Shown here: piece by piece, positions 34,362 to 46,792 of the stretch
Position numbering within the stretch: the first letter of the stretch is position 1
Layout of the letters: each line of letters opens with the position of its first letter
Source of the DNA: Salpingoeca rosetta
Taxonomy: Eukaryota > Protista > Choanoflagellata
DNA: 64,000 nt
Reading direction: 5' to 3'
Assembly (NCBI GenBank): GCA_033442325.1
Contig: JAWQFM010000020.1
Coordinates: forward strand, 605,719-669,718
The notes under the pieces: model-generated
What the model was told of the DNA's origin: nothing
Seen by the model: only the letters and a program-made list of their open reading frames with translations
Database searches by the model: none
Position numbers and translations under genes: made by a program

Positions 34362-35659
34362 ATGGCGCACCTGGAGATGGACGACGTGTTGAGCGCAGTC
34401 GAGCTGCCCGGTGAGGCACACACCCGCAATGAGCAAACCCACGTGGCAGCGCTGCTCCCCACGCACTCCATACAATCACACAAACACACGTGAAAGCAAG
34501 CAAATGTGCAAAAAACTCACACTAATTGTCTCCTCCATTGACAATCATCAGGTCCACTTGACAGGGAGGCACTCGCACAGCTGAGCACAGAGGAGCAGGC
34601 AAAGTAAGACGCGGTGTTGCGACGCTGCTGCGTTGCGAGCTGTATTGCGATGTGTGACCTTTGCGGCGTGTACACGTGGTGTGACCTTTGCGGTGTGCAT
34701 GTGCAGCCACTCGGCCGCCCTTCTCTGCTCCGTCAAAACACAGCTCACCGCTCCTCACCTTGCTGATGCTCTTGTTTCTCGAACCAGCGTGGTCGCGTCC
34801 TTGACTGATCGCAACGTCTTCCTCGCACAACACATGAGCACTCTCATCGATCACATTGTCAACCCAGGTGTGTGGCAACAGACCAACTGTATGCGATCCT
34901 GTGTGTATGTGTGTAGTGCGTGTGCGCGTTGTGCGTGGATGTGCGTTGCGCGCGCGCGTGTGTGTGCATGGGTTTTTGGATGTGCGCACGTCCACGTGAT
35001 GCATGCGTATTGACTCCTCCGTTGCCTAACGTCCTGCATACCACACGCTCACTCATTTCGCCGTGCACTACTCCATTTCCCTCCGCTTTCTGATGCAGCG
35101 CAAAGACAATCACAGCAGCAGCAACAACAACAACAACAACAGCAGCATCAAGGACAGCCACAAGTTCAGCGCGACTGGCCTCGTCTAATCAGGGTCAGCT
35201 GCTGTGGGTTTGTTTGTCGGGGAGATGGGGCAGGCATATCGCTTCTGGTCGGCCCTTTCAATCTGTGCCCATTTTGACGTCCCGTGCGATTGCTGTGAGT
35301 ATCTACATCCCCCATCACCGTCATCGCAGCGCTTACAACATGCGTACCTGCTCGTGCTGTGTTCAGGCGTTGCAAACAGACCCAACGCAGCCGCTGGAGC
35401 AGCAGTACGAGGACTTTGGCCTGTGGCGGGCCGTGCAGCGTGCCTCCGATCGCGCTGTCAAGAACACAAAGAAGGCGCTCAAGTCTACACAGCAAGCACA
35501 GGCACAGCACGAGCAACAGGTGCATGGCAGTACGCCACTAGCTGCCGTTTTGCCGTGCTCTTGCTGCCCGTTGCGACTACCCACCCGTGCTCCGTGTGCT
35601 TCCACCCGTGCTCTGTGTCCACTACCTCTTTTCAGCGCCTCACCTTATCGTCCACTCCC

Positions 35660-35740
<81 letters not shown>

Positions 35741-36197
35741 TCCCACATACCTGGCCAAAAGGCAACTGGTGAGCAGGGTGGCCACAACAGCAACGACGAT
35801 GCCAATGACGGCGATGACGACGACGATGAGAAGGAGCGGGAGTCGCTGCGCGACCTCCTCGTGCAGTCGTACGGCGACGAAATGGCAAAGCTGCAGACGG
35901 TGCGGTTGTGTGGCTGTTTTTTGTTGAGTGTGTTTGTTCGTGTTGTGTGTGTGTGTTTGCTTGTTTGCTTGTTTGCTGGGTCTTGATTGTTTTGGTTCAT
36001 TTGCTGTGTGGTTGGTTGATGGTTCGTTGGCACGAATACCACGATCATCTCATGGCGATGCAACTTGACACCACCACATGTTGATTGAGCAGGATTCGAA
36101 GCTGAAGCGCCACCACATTCCGCTGCTCATCAACACGCTGGATATGGGCATGGGTCTCCTGACAGACGAGGAGAAGGCCATGCTGGCATCGTCATGA
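34362..36197 (+). CDS. Small protein with C-terminal RSA3 (ribosome assembly protein 3)-like domain, 7 exons
   Basis: Phase-consistent exons: MAHLEMDDVLSAVELP|GPLDREALAQLSTEEQA|NVVASLTDRNVFLAQH…|polyQ exon|ALQTDPTQ…|…ESLRDLLVQSYGDEMAKLQT|DSKLKRHHIPLLINTLDMGMGLLTDEEKAMLASS*. The last two exons resemble the RSA3 helical motif (F/Y.DDL..LR…LPLLI.AL..G). Gene model is firmer than the product call. Confidence 0.6.
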
Positions 36198-36221
36198 TGA
36201 TGATGATGATGGCGATGATGA

Positions 36222-36255
<34 letters not shown>

Positions 36256-36275
36256 GGTGATGATGATGATTGTTC

Positions 36276-36335
<60 letters not shown>
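36195..36335. repeat. Compound trinucleotide microsatellite (TGA)n(TGG)n(TGA)n(TGC)n starting at the stop codon
   Basis: Directly visible; begins with the TGA stop of the upstream gene. Confidence 0.95.
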
Positions 36336-36338
<3 letters not shown>

Positions 36339-36915
36339 AGAGGACCAACACTGCTCGTGTACATGCTTTTCCTTGTTAAGTCTTGAGCAATCCACTGCAA
36401 GCTCTCCTCCATTTGTGTGCGTGTATGTGTTGACGCAGACATCACGCTGGCTCAACATGACCGAAAACGTCTTTCCTCGCGCTCTCCTCTGTAGGTTGCC
36501 GACACATTAAACCGTAATCGCCCCACGACGTTCATTTCTTCCCTCACAGTGTTTGATTGGAGCACTGTGAACAGCACAGCACATGGTACACCACAGAGTA
36601 TGGCTACACCCAGGAAATCAACAAGTGCACAACAACCTCAACACAACAGCAGTTAGCACGCAAGCAGGCGGTAAATGTTGCAACGTTTATGCGGCAAGCA
36701 AGTCAGCACAACCAACCCAACACAACCACACAAAGCAGCAAGTAATGTCTCACACTCGAAGCAAGCACAGGGCAACAGCAGTCACGCCCCTTCTTGCTGG
36801 GCTGCTCGGTAACACATGTCACATCACCACAACAGCACATTTCACGTCACAGTAACAGCTCAAAACCGGGTCAAGCGAAACTTGGCACATAATGTAACAT
36901 CAGTCCATATGAACA

Positions 36916-36949
<34 letters not shown>

Positions 36950-37196
36950 ACATACACACACATACACACACACACCCTCTGTACAAAAATCAAATAGAGC
37001 ATGTGACACACTGGGGTGATGATGAAGATGAAGATGATGAAGTAATCATAATAGCACCCGTGACGACTGATAAGAACACAAAGCAACTAATAGGAACGAG
37101 TTGCTGCGAAAGTCGTGGCGACAACAACAGCGACAACAGCAACAGCAACGACAGCAACAGCAGCAGCAAGTGTCATTGTCAGCTTCACGGTGTCGT

Positions 37197-39846
37197 CTAT
37201 CGCTTGGCCAGGCTGATGGATGTGACGGTGGTGTGATCCCCTGCTACCGTTCCAATATCGCTCAGCAGCGCGCACTGCACGGGCGATGATGGCGACGCCA
37301 CCCACGCGTACACACCCGCACATGTGTCATCCGCAACGCACGCCGCCATGCACTCCAGCGCAGAAGCACCCGCATGTGTAACAATCACAGCACCACCACC
37401 ATCACCACCATCACTGCTGCTGCTGCTGCTCGGTGCTGTTGAGAACTGGCGGGAGAGGGATGTGGCCACGGCGCCGCCCGTGAACCGCAACTCAAACTCC
37501 GGACGCACGTCGCCAAACACATCCACAACCGTCTCTCCCTCACGAATCAGGCGGAGGCTGGCAGACACACCGGATGTTGGCACGAACGCGGGCGATGCAA
37601 GGGCGTTGGTGGCTGGACCAAGCATCCGACACGAAACGTCGTTGACTGCGGCAATCGTGGCGCTGCTGCTGCTGCTGCTGCTGCTGCCACTGTCCGCAAA
37701 GCTCGTGCTTGCAGGCACGACATACACGCGAGCGCATGTGGCTGGGTTGGCCCTGCACCAGTTGAGGCATGCTGCGAGCGTGCTGTCAAGCGACTCGTGT
37801 GTGACGACGCCGTTGCTGCTGCCGTCATCGGCGAGCACCGAATCGAAGCGAAGGCCCTGCGCATATGTTGGGAGGGCACCCACCGCCTCCACCGCCCATG
37901 ACGTCAGGTCGTGGTGGCCAAATGTACTCGTCACAGCAGCGTGCACGGCGCTCGGGTGGTTGCTCTTGCGGCGCAGGCTGACAGACACAAACGACGTGTG
38001 CATGCCGCCATCATCGCCAACAGCCGACAGCACATGGCAGCGAAGCGTGTCTGCCGTGTCGGGGACAACAAACAGAAACACGCCCGCACAGTCCTCCCGC
38101 GCATCGCACTCGTGCACGCAATCATCTGCATTGGCCACATCCACAGCCTTGATAACAGGCTTCACGTTGATGGCGGTGGTGAACGCAAGGCCATCCCCCA
38201 CAGCGCCCGTGTGCACGTACTCGTACGCAGGTGAGGTCGTCATGAACTCGGGGCGCTTCCAGTCGTCAGTCGAGGATGAGCCACCACCACCACCACCGTT
38301 GTTGTTGTTGTTGTTCTCTGTCGGCGGCACAGCGGTGGTCACGCCTGGTGCTGGCGGTTGTGTCTCCGGCTCAACGTCGCCCTCAAACTTACCGCCATCG
38401 CCACCGCTTGGAGCCTTGACTGCCTCATCGTCGGATGGCACAGGCGCACCGGCAACAATGGCATCATCGTCGTCGTCGTCGTTGTTGCGTCCGCTCGTGG
38501 TCACGCGGCGAAGGCTGAGGCTTTGGAATGTGGAGGGCGCACCGGACCACAAATCCCCGTGGTGGGCGAGCGCACGGCAGACGAGCACACCGCCCTGCGT
38601 GTACAGGAACACGCCCTTGCACGTGTCGCCGTAGTTGATGCATGCTTGCGTGCAGGCACCGGTGGTGGGCACCTGCACAATGAAGAGCAGATGGGCGGCG
38701 TCAAACGCCGTCGTGAACTGCTGTGGCGGGGATGTGGACCCGAGGTCCGCCCCAATGAACACAATGGCAAAGTCCGGATCCGGAAACTCAAACGGCCACG
38801 ACGGGACTGCGCTGGTGGTGTGTCCTGGCGGCAGGGCGGTGGAGGGTGTTGGTGGAACGGTGTTTCCATCGTACTCGCTGGTAGGCTCCCATGTTGTCCA
38901 CGCCGTGCTGGAGTATGTGGACGACGATGTCGATGTCCATGTTGTGGAGGAACTGAATCCATCGTCAGGTGTTGTTGTTGTTGGTGGCGGGGGTGGAGCT
39001 GTTGTGGTTGGGAATGGTGTCGTGCTCAGCGGCTTGTTGCCTGTGCAGACGTGTGTTTGAGGAGGGGGAGGGGCAGAGGATGTGAGAAGATGAACAGGGG
39101 ATGCAGTGCTGCATGATTGCTCTTGTCACGACGGCAACTGCCCACACAACGTGTCGGACCAACCACAATGGACAGAGACGGGCAGACGGACACACACACA
39201 CACAGACACACACAGACACACACACAGACACACACACACACAGACACACACACAGAATGTGTGCACTCCTAACCACAACACCACAAGACCACCACCACCA
39301 CCATCGCCACCACCACTTGGGCGAGAAACGCACATGACATGTCGAAGGAAAAGGCAGTGAGTGGGCAGGCGACGGAGATAAAGTGTGCTTCAATGTCTGC
39401 CGGACATGCAACAGCGGGTGCAAACGCAGTCGCAACATCTGTGCGCGCATCAAGCGAAGCCCCTGCACGTGTGCCCAATGTAGGTTGTGGACATGGTGCA
39501 TGCATGCGTGTGTGTGTGTGTGTGCGTGAGAATGTGTGTGTGTGCGTGAGTATGTGTGTGTGTGTCAGAATGGATGCGGGTAAGTGAGAGTGGGTCAGTA
39601 CATGGACGTGGATGTGCGAAAAAGTTGTGCGTGCATGTGCGCGTTTGGAAAACAACATTCGTGTTGTGTTGGCTGTATGATGGTGACCACATGTTGACAG
39701 CCTGTGAGCACATCCAACAACAGCAGCGACACCAAGGCGGCAGCAACACGCCTATCCGCACTAACCGAGAGCAGCGATGCGCCAGCGGTTGGCGGTGTAA
39801 TACAGAATGTACGCATTGTCCAGTCTGCGCACAGAACAGATGACAG

Positions 39847-39927
<81 letters not shown>

Positions 39928-40774
39928 ATGGGATGAGATGAGAGGAAGGAATGGATTACGGGAACAGACGGTGTGTTGGTTTCCAGCATGCATCTGTGTG
40001 TCAACACAAACATTCCCACACCCTGCACACACCACACGCACACGCACGCACGCACCTGACGTAGACGGGAAGAAACTGCTCCTGGTGGGAGTACGCGTAC
40101 ACGCCAGCATACATCTGTCCGGATGACGAGGATGTGGACAGCGTCAACTTGTGGTAGCAGCACAAGTCTGGCGCGGGAGTGCAGTGTGGTGGGCGTATAT
40201 GTGCGTGTGTGAGTGGTATGAGGGAGGTTCACCGTAATTTCAACACTCGACAGAGCAGCAGCTTCACCACATGCAAAGATTTACAGCAAGAATCAAACTT
40301 ATTTGTGCCATCCCCCCCCCCAACATACACATAACACACAACACACGCAGGCATATAGGCATAGAACACACACACACACACACATAACGCACACACACAT
40401 ACACAACACACAAATACACCCACAGAGCATGCCCTCACCTCGTGCGTCTGGATCAAAGATGGAGGAGGAGAACGAGACGACTTCAGGGTGGGCGGCAGAA
40501 ACGACGTTGGTGTCGACCTGAACATGCAGTGTCATGTCCTCGTACAGGCGGCGGTGGTTGTAGTTGACGGAGAACACGAGCGTGGGCGTGCGCTTGATAA
40601 TCTGCGACGCAACCTGCAGCCCATATCCATCCATGACCGTTACCGTGGCCTGATACAGCACATGGCGATTGCGACGATGGTGATTGTGAGAGTTGTGACG
40701 GTGAGTGTTGCGTCCATACAAGCAAACAGGAACGCAGCATTCACTTAAGGGGCTGTATACATGAGCGCAACGAG

Positions 40775-40818
<44 letters not shown>

Positions 40819-41081
40819 CACACACACACACACGCGCACGCAACGCATACCTGGTCCATGGCAACACCGGGCCAGTGGAAGGAGAAGAGGTTGGAGTGGG
40901 GCAGGGCAGTGTACGGCAGCCAGCCGTGTGGCGGCCAGGCAACCCACGAGTCTGCAGATGCACTGGAGGGGGTGGCGGGGTGCTGCAGCAGAAGAACCGT
41001 CAGCTCTTGTCCGCACTGGCACGTCGTGCCCACACCTGCGGCGCACAACACGCAGCAGCATGGTGCATGTATGCGTGTGCA

Positions 41082-41122
<41 letters not shown>

Positions 41123-42072
41123 ATGCGTGTGCATGTGAGAGGGTGCAAAGGTGAGTGGACAAGAATCATGGGATGCCAACTCACTAGCGCGCACAAATCG
41201 CACTCACCAAAGCTCTGGAGATCCTGGCTCAGAAGCATGGAGCGTACCCTGTTGACGACCATCAAGCATGCAGCAGATACCAATGGTAAGACGGCACACA
41301 TCATACACAACGAGTGCACAGAAATTCCAACCACACACACACACACACACACACACGCACGCACGCACACACGCACACACAACCAAACCCACGTGGTGCC
41401 GTCGCCGGTGTTGAAGATGCTGTCCAGGGCGAGCGCGCCAGAGTCTCCCTTCACTTGGACGGATGTCTGTGTCGCCGACAACTCCTGTTGGCCAGCATGG
41501 ATGGGGTGGGTGGTGCACACAGCAGCGCTGAAGGTAAGAATTTGCAACAAACGTGAAATACGCAGCACACACATACGTACACACACAGAGAGGCACACAC
41601 ACAGAGGCACACACACAGAGAGGCACACACACACACACAGAGGCACACACGCAGACGCTCACCCACAGAGGCACACACACACACACACACAGAGGCACAC
41701 ACGCAGACGCTCACACACACACACATACACATCACAACACACCGTGATGGTGATGCCGTCGCCGGCAGCGGCTGGCGCTGATTCGGCAGCAGACTGAGCG
41801 TCTGCCATGAGCTGCGCGTTGTACGCAATGGGCTGCATCTCCGCCCATCTGCGGTAAAAGTTGAGGCGACTGAGCGCGTGGTTGGTGATGGCAAAGGTGT
41901 CGAGGTTTTGCGCACAGTCCTTGTGCTCTGCAGGTGATGGCGCTGTGAACAGCAGTCGGTGATACGCGGACGCGCCATTACGCGACCATCCAGATTGTGC
42001 GACAGCCACCCCGGCCATCAACAAGCACGCGACGAACATCAACATGCTGACACGCTGTCGGCAATGATGCAT
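37197..42072 (-). CDS. Secreted protein: degenerate bacterial-type CAP/SCP domain, VAWPP beta-domain, Thr/Ser/Pro linker, four PAN/apple-like repeats
   Basis: Signal peptide (MLMFVACLLMAGVAVAQ). CAP-like ALSRLNFYRRWAEMQPIAYNAQLMADAQSAA…TTVRSMLLSQDLQSFG|VG, assembled through a 41-nt exon near 41208-41248. Then WVAWPPHGWLP…FSFHWPG…ATVTV…IFDP. The last large exon holds four C-x3-C-x5/6-C-x-[GR]V…C-x-x-L…S-x-SL repeats. No TM seen. The middle exons (39050-40160) are uncertain. Confidence 0.72.
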
Positions 42073-42710
42073 GGTGGCTATGCTGATGTTTTGTTTGTTC
42101 GTACTTTCGTGTGGATTGTGTGTGTGTGTGTGTTATGGCTTGTGTGTGTGTGTGTGTGTGTGTGCTTTCGTGTGGATTGTGTGTGTGTGTGTGTTGTGGC
42201 TTGTGTTTGTTTTGTGTGCTGTAAGCTGCTGGTGCTAGGTGCTATCAAGTGGCGTGAGGCTGGTGCTGCTGGTGCTGGTGTGAATTTGCTTGCGCAGGGG
42301 TGTGGCCGACCACCTCCGGGTGGAAGGTACCACAAGGCTGTGCGGAGCAAACGGATGAACAGGCGAGTGCTGCTGCTGGGCGGTGTCGTTGGCTTCACTC
42401 GATCTGCAGCGCGGCGTGGGATCGATGATGAAGAGACAGGTGCAGAGAGGTGACGGAGAGCAAAGGAAGGGGACGGAGAGAAAATGGAAACACACTTTTC
42501 GGCCGTGCTTGGTATTTGCTGAAGTTGCGCGTCAACCAGCAAGAGCCCCTCACCAGCAATGCCACCATGCATCCCTTCTCTGCCGCTGCTTTGCCAAGCC
42601 AGTGATCCGCAAGGAAGCAGCACGCATCACGACAGTGGAGGCATGCGAACACGCATTGCTGTTGATTCGAAACGCGCGCCGTCGCAAAGGAACGGAAATC
42701 ACCATAAAAC

Positions 42711-42734
42711 ATGGCAAATCCTCCACACTTGCCA
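42711..42734 (-). promoter_or_regulatory. Bipartite motif copy 3 (TGGCA-N6-GAGGATTTGCCAT on minus) in the CAP-gene/SNAPIN divergent promoter
   Basis: Plus strand reads ATGGCAAATCCTC-CACACT-TGCCA. 13 of 18 defined positions match copies 1/2, the spacer length is the same, and it ends 48 nt before the SNAPIN ATG. Confidence 0.4.
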
Positions 42735-42782
42735 TTTCTCAGTTTGTGCTGTCGTGTAGGCAAGTTGGGGGCCTTCTTTGCG

Positions 42783-44020
42783 ATGGACGACAGTCGCGGT
42801 GGCAGTGGCGGTGGCGGTGGCGGCGATGCTGATGCGGCAAAGGCTCGGTTTGGGCAAGGGTTGAAGGACTTGATTGAGCCAGCCATTACCACCATCGACA
42901 ATCATGTACAGGCCACTCAAAAGTCGCAAGAATCCCTCCGGGTTGCCCTCGATCAGCTCCACCAAGGTGAGTCTGTGTTGTGTTGTGTTGTGTCTTGTTT
43001 GTTTATGTCTGTCTGTCTGTCTGTCTGTCTGTATGTGTGTCTGTCTGTGTGTCTGTCTGTCTGTCTGTATGTCTGTCTGTATGTCTGTCTGTCTGTCTGT
43101 CTGTCGCTCTGATTGACCGTCTCGTTTATTTCTGTGTTGGTTGAGGTGTCGCTTACAATCATCAAACCCTCACACGACTTGCTCTTTCACTTGACAGAGT
43201 TGACACGCTTTCGGCAGCTGGAAGGGAGTGCCGTGGACATTGACGCTTACTTGCGCAAACTGCTCGAAGCTAGGCAAAATGTCAACAAAACCAACGGCAT
43301 CCTCGAACAAGTGCAGGTCTGTGCGTGTGTGTGTGTGTGTGTGCGTGCGTGTGTGTGTGTGTACGTTTGTGTATACGTGTGTGTGTGTGCATATGCTTGC
43401 TTGCGTGAACACACACAGTCCTGCCCTCACTGCAACCACTCTCCTGATGCACACTCTTCTTCCTTTCCCTCCTTCCCTCATCTCCCCTCCCCTCCTTTTC
43501 CTCTCTCGTCTTTCTCTCATAATCCTCTCCCCATCTCCCTCTCATCATCCTCTCCCCATCTCCCTCTCATCTTCCCCCACAGGTTCGAACAAATCGGATG
43601 ATGCGCAGTGTGGACAAGGTGACTGCCGGGATGGGCAAGACACACGAGCGCCTGGTGGCGCAACGGGAGAAGCTGGAGCGGCTGTCAATCACGGGCCCAA
43701 GCATGCCCCCACCCGTGGTCGGCGGCAGCCAATCCGCCCAGGCGACGCAAGACCACCCGGCACAAGCAGCACAGGGCGCTCAACATGAAGAGACAGATGC
43801 AGCAGACAAAGAACAGCAGCAGAAGGAAGAACAAGAAGAGAAACGCGAAGAGGAGGATGACGACGAGGAAGAGGATGCGGAACATGATGAGCGAGAAGAA
43901 TCTGACAAGGCAATGGCGACAGACGATGATGAAGGCAAGCAGGAGGACAAGGGTGAAGAAGACAGCGCAGACAGTGCCGAAGGAAAGACAACTGAACCCG
44001 GGCAAGAAGCCAGCACATGA
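42783..44020 (+). CDS. SNAPIN: Snapin (BLOC-1/BORC subunit), 3 exons, with acidic C-terminal extension
   Basis: FGQGLKDLIEPAITTIDNHVQATQKSQESLRVALDQLHQ|ELTRFRQ…VDIDAYLRKLLEARQNVNKTNGILEQVQ|VRTNRM fits the Snapin/Pallidin coiled-coil pattern. Exons ~42783-42966, ~43198-43316 and ~43583-44020. Confidence 0.9.
43006..43104. repeat. (TCTG)n tetranucleotide microsatellite in SNAPIN intron 1
   Basis: Directly visible, interrupted; a similar (TCTG)n tract lies at ~52700-52765. Confidence 0.9.
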
Positions 44021-44084
44021 GTGGCCGTCGTGGTGGTAGTAGTGGTGATATTGGTGGTTGGTGATAGTAGTTGTCGTACATCTT

Positions 44085-44157
<73 letters not shown>

Positions 44158-44527
44158 GTGTGCGTGTGTGTGTGTGTGTGAATGGAGCCGGGAGGTTGGG
44201 GCTTGTGGGAAAACATTGTTACGAGGACATCCCGCACAACTGCGGTGGGGGTGCTTGAGCTTTGCAACGAAAACCGTCATTGCAATGGATGACATGTCCC
44301 AATACACAGTCGTTTAGTCATATTCTGTGCTTCAACGAGCAACACCACGCACAACTGAGCCAAAGCGTGAATCAAATCAACACACTTTATGCAAAGCGCA
44401 AGCGACAAAGATGCGCTTGCACCCATGTTCGTAGTCCATCACCTGTGCACCAACCCATATCGTTAGCCCCACACCACGCAACACAATCCCACCAGCACAC
44501 GTGTAGCACAACCCATTCCATCGCACG

Positions 44528-46233
44528 TCACCTCGGCTGATGCGCGCCTCTGTTTGACGACAGCCCCATGAGGTGCCTGAACATGAACCGCGCACGCGAG
44601 TGCGAGATGTGCCTCATGCACAGCGCACGCACGTGGCCCTCGCGTATCACCCCCGTCCGCACGAGCGCCCGCCCATGGCTGTTCACGACCACATCCTCGC
44701 CGCCACTGCCCCTGCCCGTGCTGGTAGCGGTCGTATCTGCTGTTGCAGCAGGTGTGGTTGTCGTGTGGCCATGTGTGGTTCCGTTCGCCCGCGCGCCATT
44801 CTGCATTGCTGTGCCGCCTCCACTACCGCTGCTGCTGCTGCTGCTGTCATAGTTCATGTTGCCGCTGGGGGCGTTGGCTGTCGTTCCGTTGCCTGCAGGC
44901 AACGACTGCGCCTGCTGCCCATCGCGGCACTGCTGTTGCAGGTGCATGAGCTCGCCTGCGGCCAGGACGTCCGTGTCGAGCATGGCGCCCTCCATCAACG
45001 CGTGCTGCAGCGGGCGCCACGCAGCAGGAACCTACAGGGAAGCAGGTAGGAGGGGAGGAGATTTATGTTTTATGTTTGATGTTTTATGTGTGTGTGTGTG
45101 TGTTTGTGACGCCATGGAGTAAACTACCACATCCTCCGCATCACCCTCCTCCAAGTCCACCAGGACCACCACCTTCCCCCCCCCCATCCCGTCCCTGCAT
45201 CGACCGGCCGTTACCTTGACGGATCTGCGGGCGCGTCGCCTTGCCTTCGAGAGGAGATCGAGCAGGTACTCCTGCAGGGCGAGGGCGAGCGCAGTGATGA
45301 CCGACGCCTCCACCTGCGCTGCGTCGCCGAGGACGGCCGGCACCAGGCGGTCGATGTACGGCTGCAGGTCCGCGTCCCCAAACAGCAGCCGGTCCTGCTC
45401 TCACGGGGGGGGGGGTGGTGGTGGCAGTGGTGAGCATGGAGAGCGAGTTTGCGTTGCACACACACACACACACACGCACACGCGAACACACACACGCGAA
45501 CACACACACACACACAGATACACACAGATACACACACACACGCACACGCACGCACGCACGCACGCATGCACTTTGATGCAAGCACACACACTCAGGTGGA
45601 AACAAGCCTGCAGGCACAACAACAAAAAACGCCAAAGCAACGAACCACACGGTCCCTGCGCATGTGTTGTCCAATCAACTGCTGGTGCGACAGCAAGTTC
45701 TGCTCCTCCTCATCCTCGTTCACGCCGGCCACATCCAACAGATCTTTCTCTTCGTCCTTGTCCTCCTCCTTCTTTTTCCTGTCACGGCAACACGCCACGT
45801 GCAGGTAGGTGTGCATGTGTGTGCATGTGTGCATGTGTGTGTGTTGCGTGCATGTGTGTGTGTGTGTGTGTGTTAAATGAGTGCAATCAGGATCAGCCGC
45901 GTACTCACACACTTGAACACACTTGTTCACATCTGCACACATGCACTCACACATCTGCATGCACACTTGTTCACATCCGCACACATGCACGCGCACATCT
46001 GCATGCACAGCACGTGTTGTCACGTACGCGCCAGGTTTCTTCGGTTTTGCTCGCGGTTTTGCCGGCGTCTCTGCAATGCGATGACGGTACACATGCAATG
46101 TCGTTGTGGTGGTGATGGTGGTGGTTGTGATGTGAGTTGGGCATCAACCTCGTCCATGAACCAACACAGAGTACCGAGTCTCACAACCAAGACTTGTGAA
46201 ACAAAACCAGAGCGACATCACACACACGCACAC

Positions 46234-46269
<36 letters not shown>

Positions 46270-46279
46270 GCACACACAT

Positions 46280-46322
<43 letters not shown>

Positions 46323-46717
46323 CTTGCTCCTGGTTTGCGCGGGCGGCCAATGGGGCGTTTCCCCGGCGTTTTCTTCGCTCGCTTCTCATCCCCATCGCCA
46401 GCAGTTGCCGATGCCCTACGCTTCCCACCCGCCTTCCCGCCTGCCCCTGCTGCTGCCGTGGTTGACGCTGATGATGATGGTGTGCTCTGTTTTGTTGGCT
46501 TCGTGGGCAGCTTTGGCGGTGCTGTTGTGCCCTGGGGCGCTGGTGTGGACACCTTTGCAGCCTGTTGCGCCTGTAGATACTTGGCAATATCATCCACACT
46601 CTGCAGGAAGCGGGAGGGGGAGTGGTTGTGCGTGTTTGCATGCATGTGGACAGTGTGGATGGCGTGAGTGAGGGGGAGACAAAAGATGGTGGGGCGCGCA
46701 CTCCGCTCAAGGCATAT

Positions 46718-46792
<75 letters not shown>

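Noticed and set aside
41208-41223. 7- or 16-nt micro-exon in the CAP gene
   Set aside because: Both options break the frame; the upstream acceptor giving a 41-nt exon restores the frame and the CAP motif.
41575-41725. Regularly recurring ACAGAGGCACAC units resembling a CRISPR-like array
   Set aside because: Units are separated only by variable CA runs with no unique spacers; an intronic minisatellite in a eukaryotic gene.
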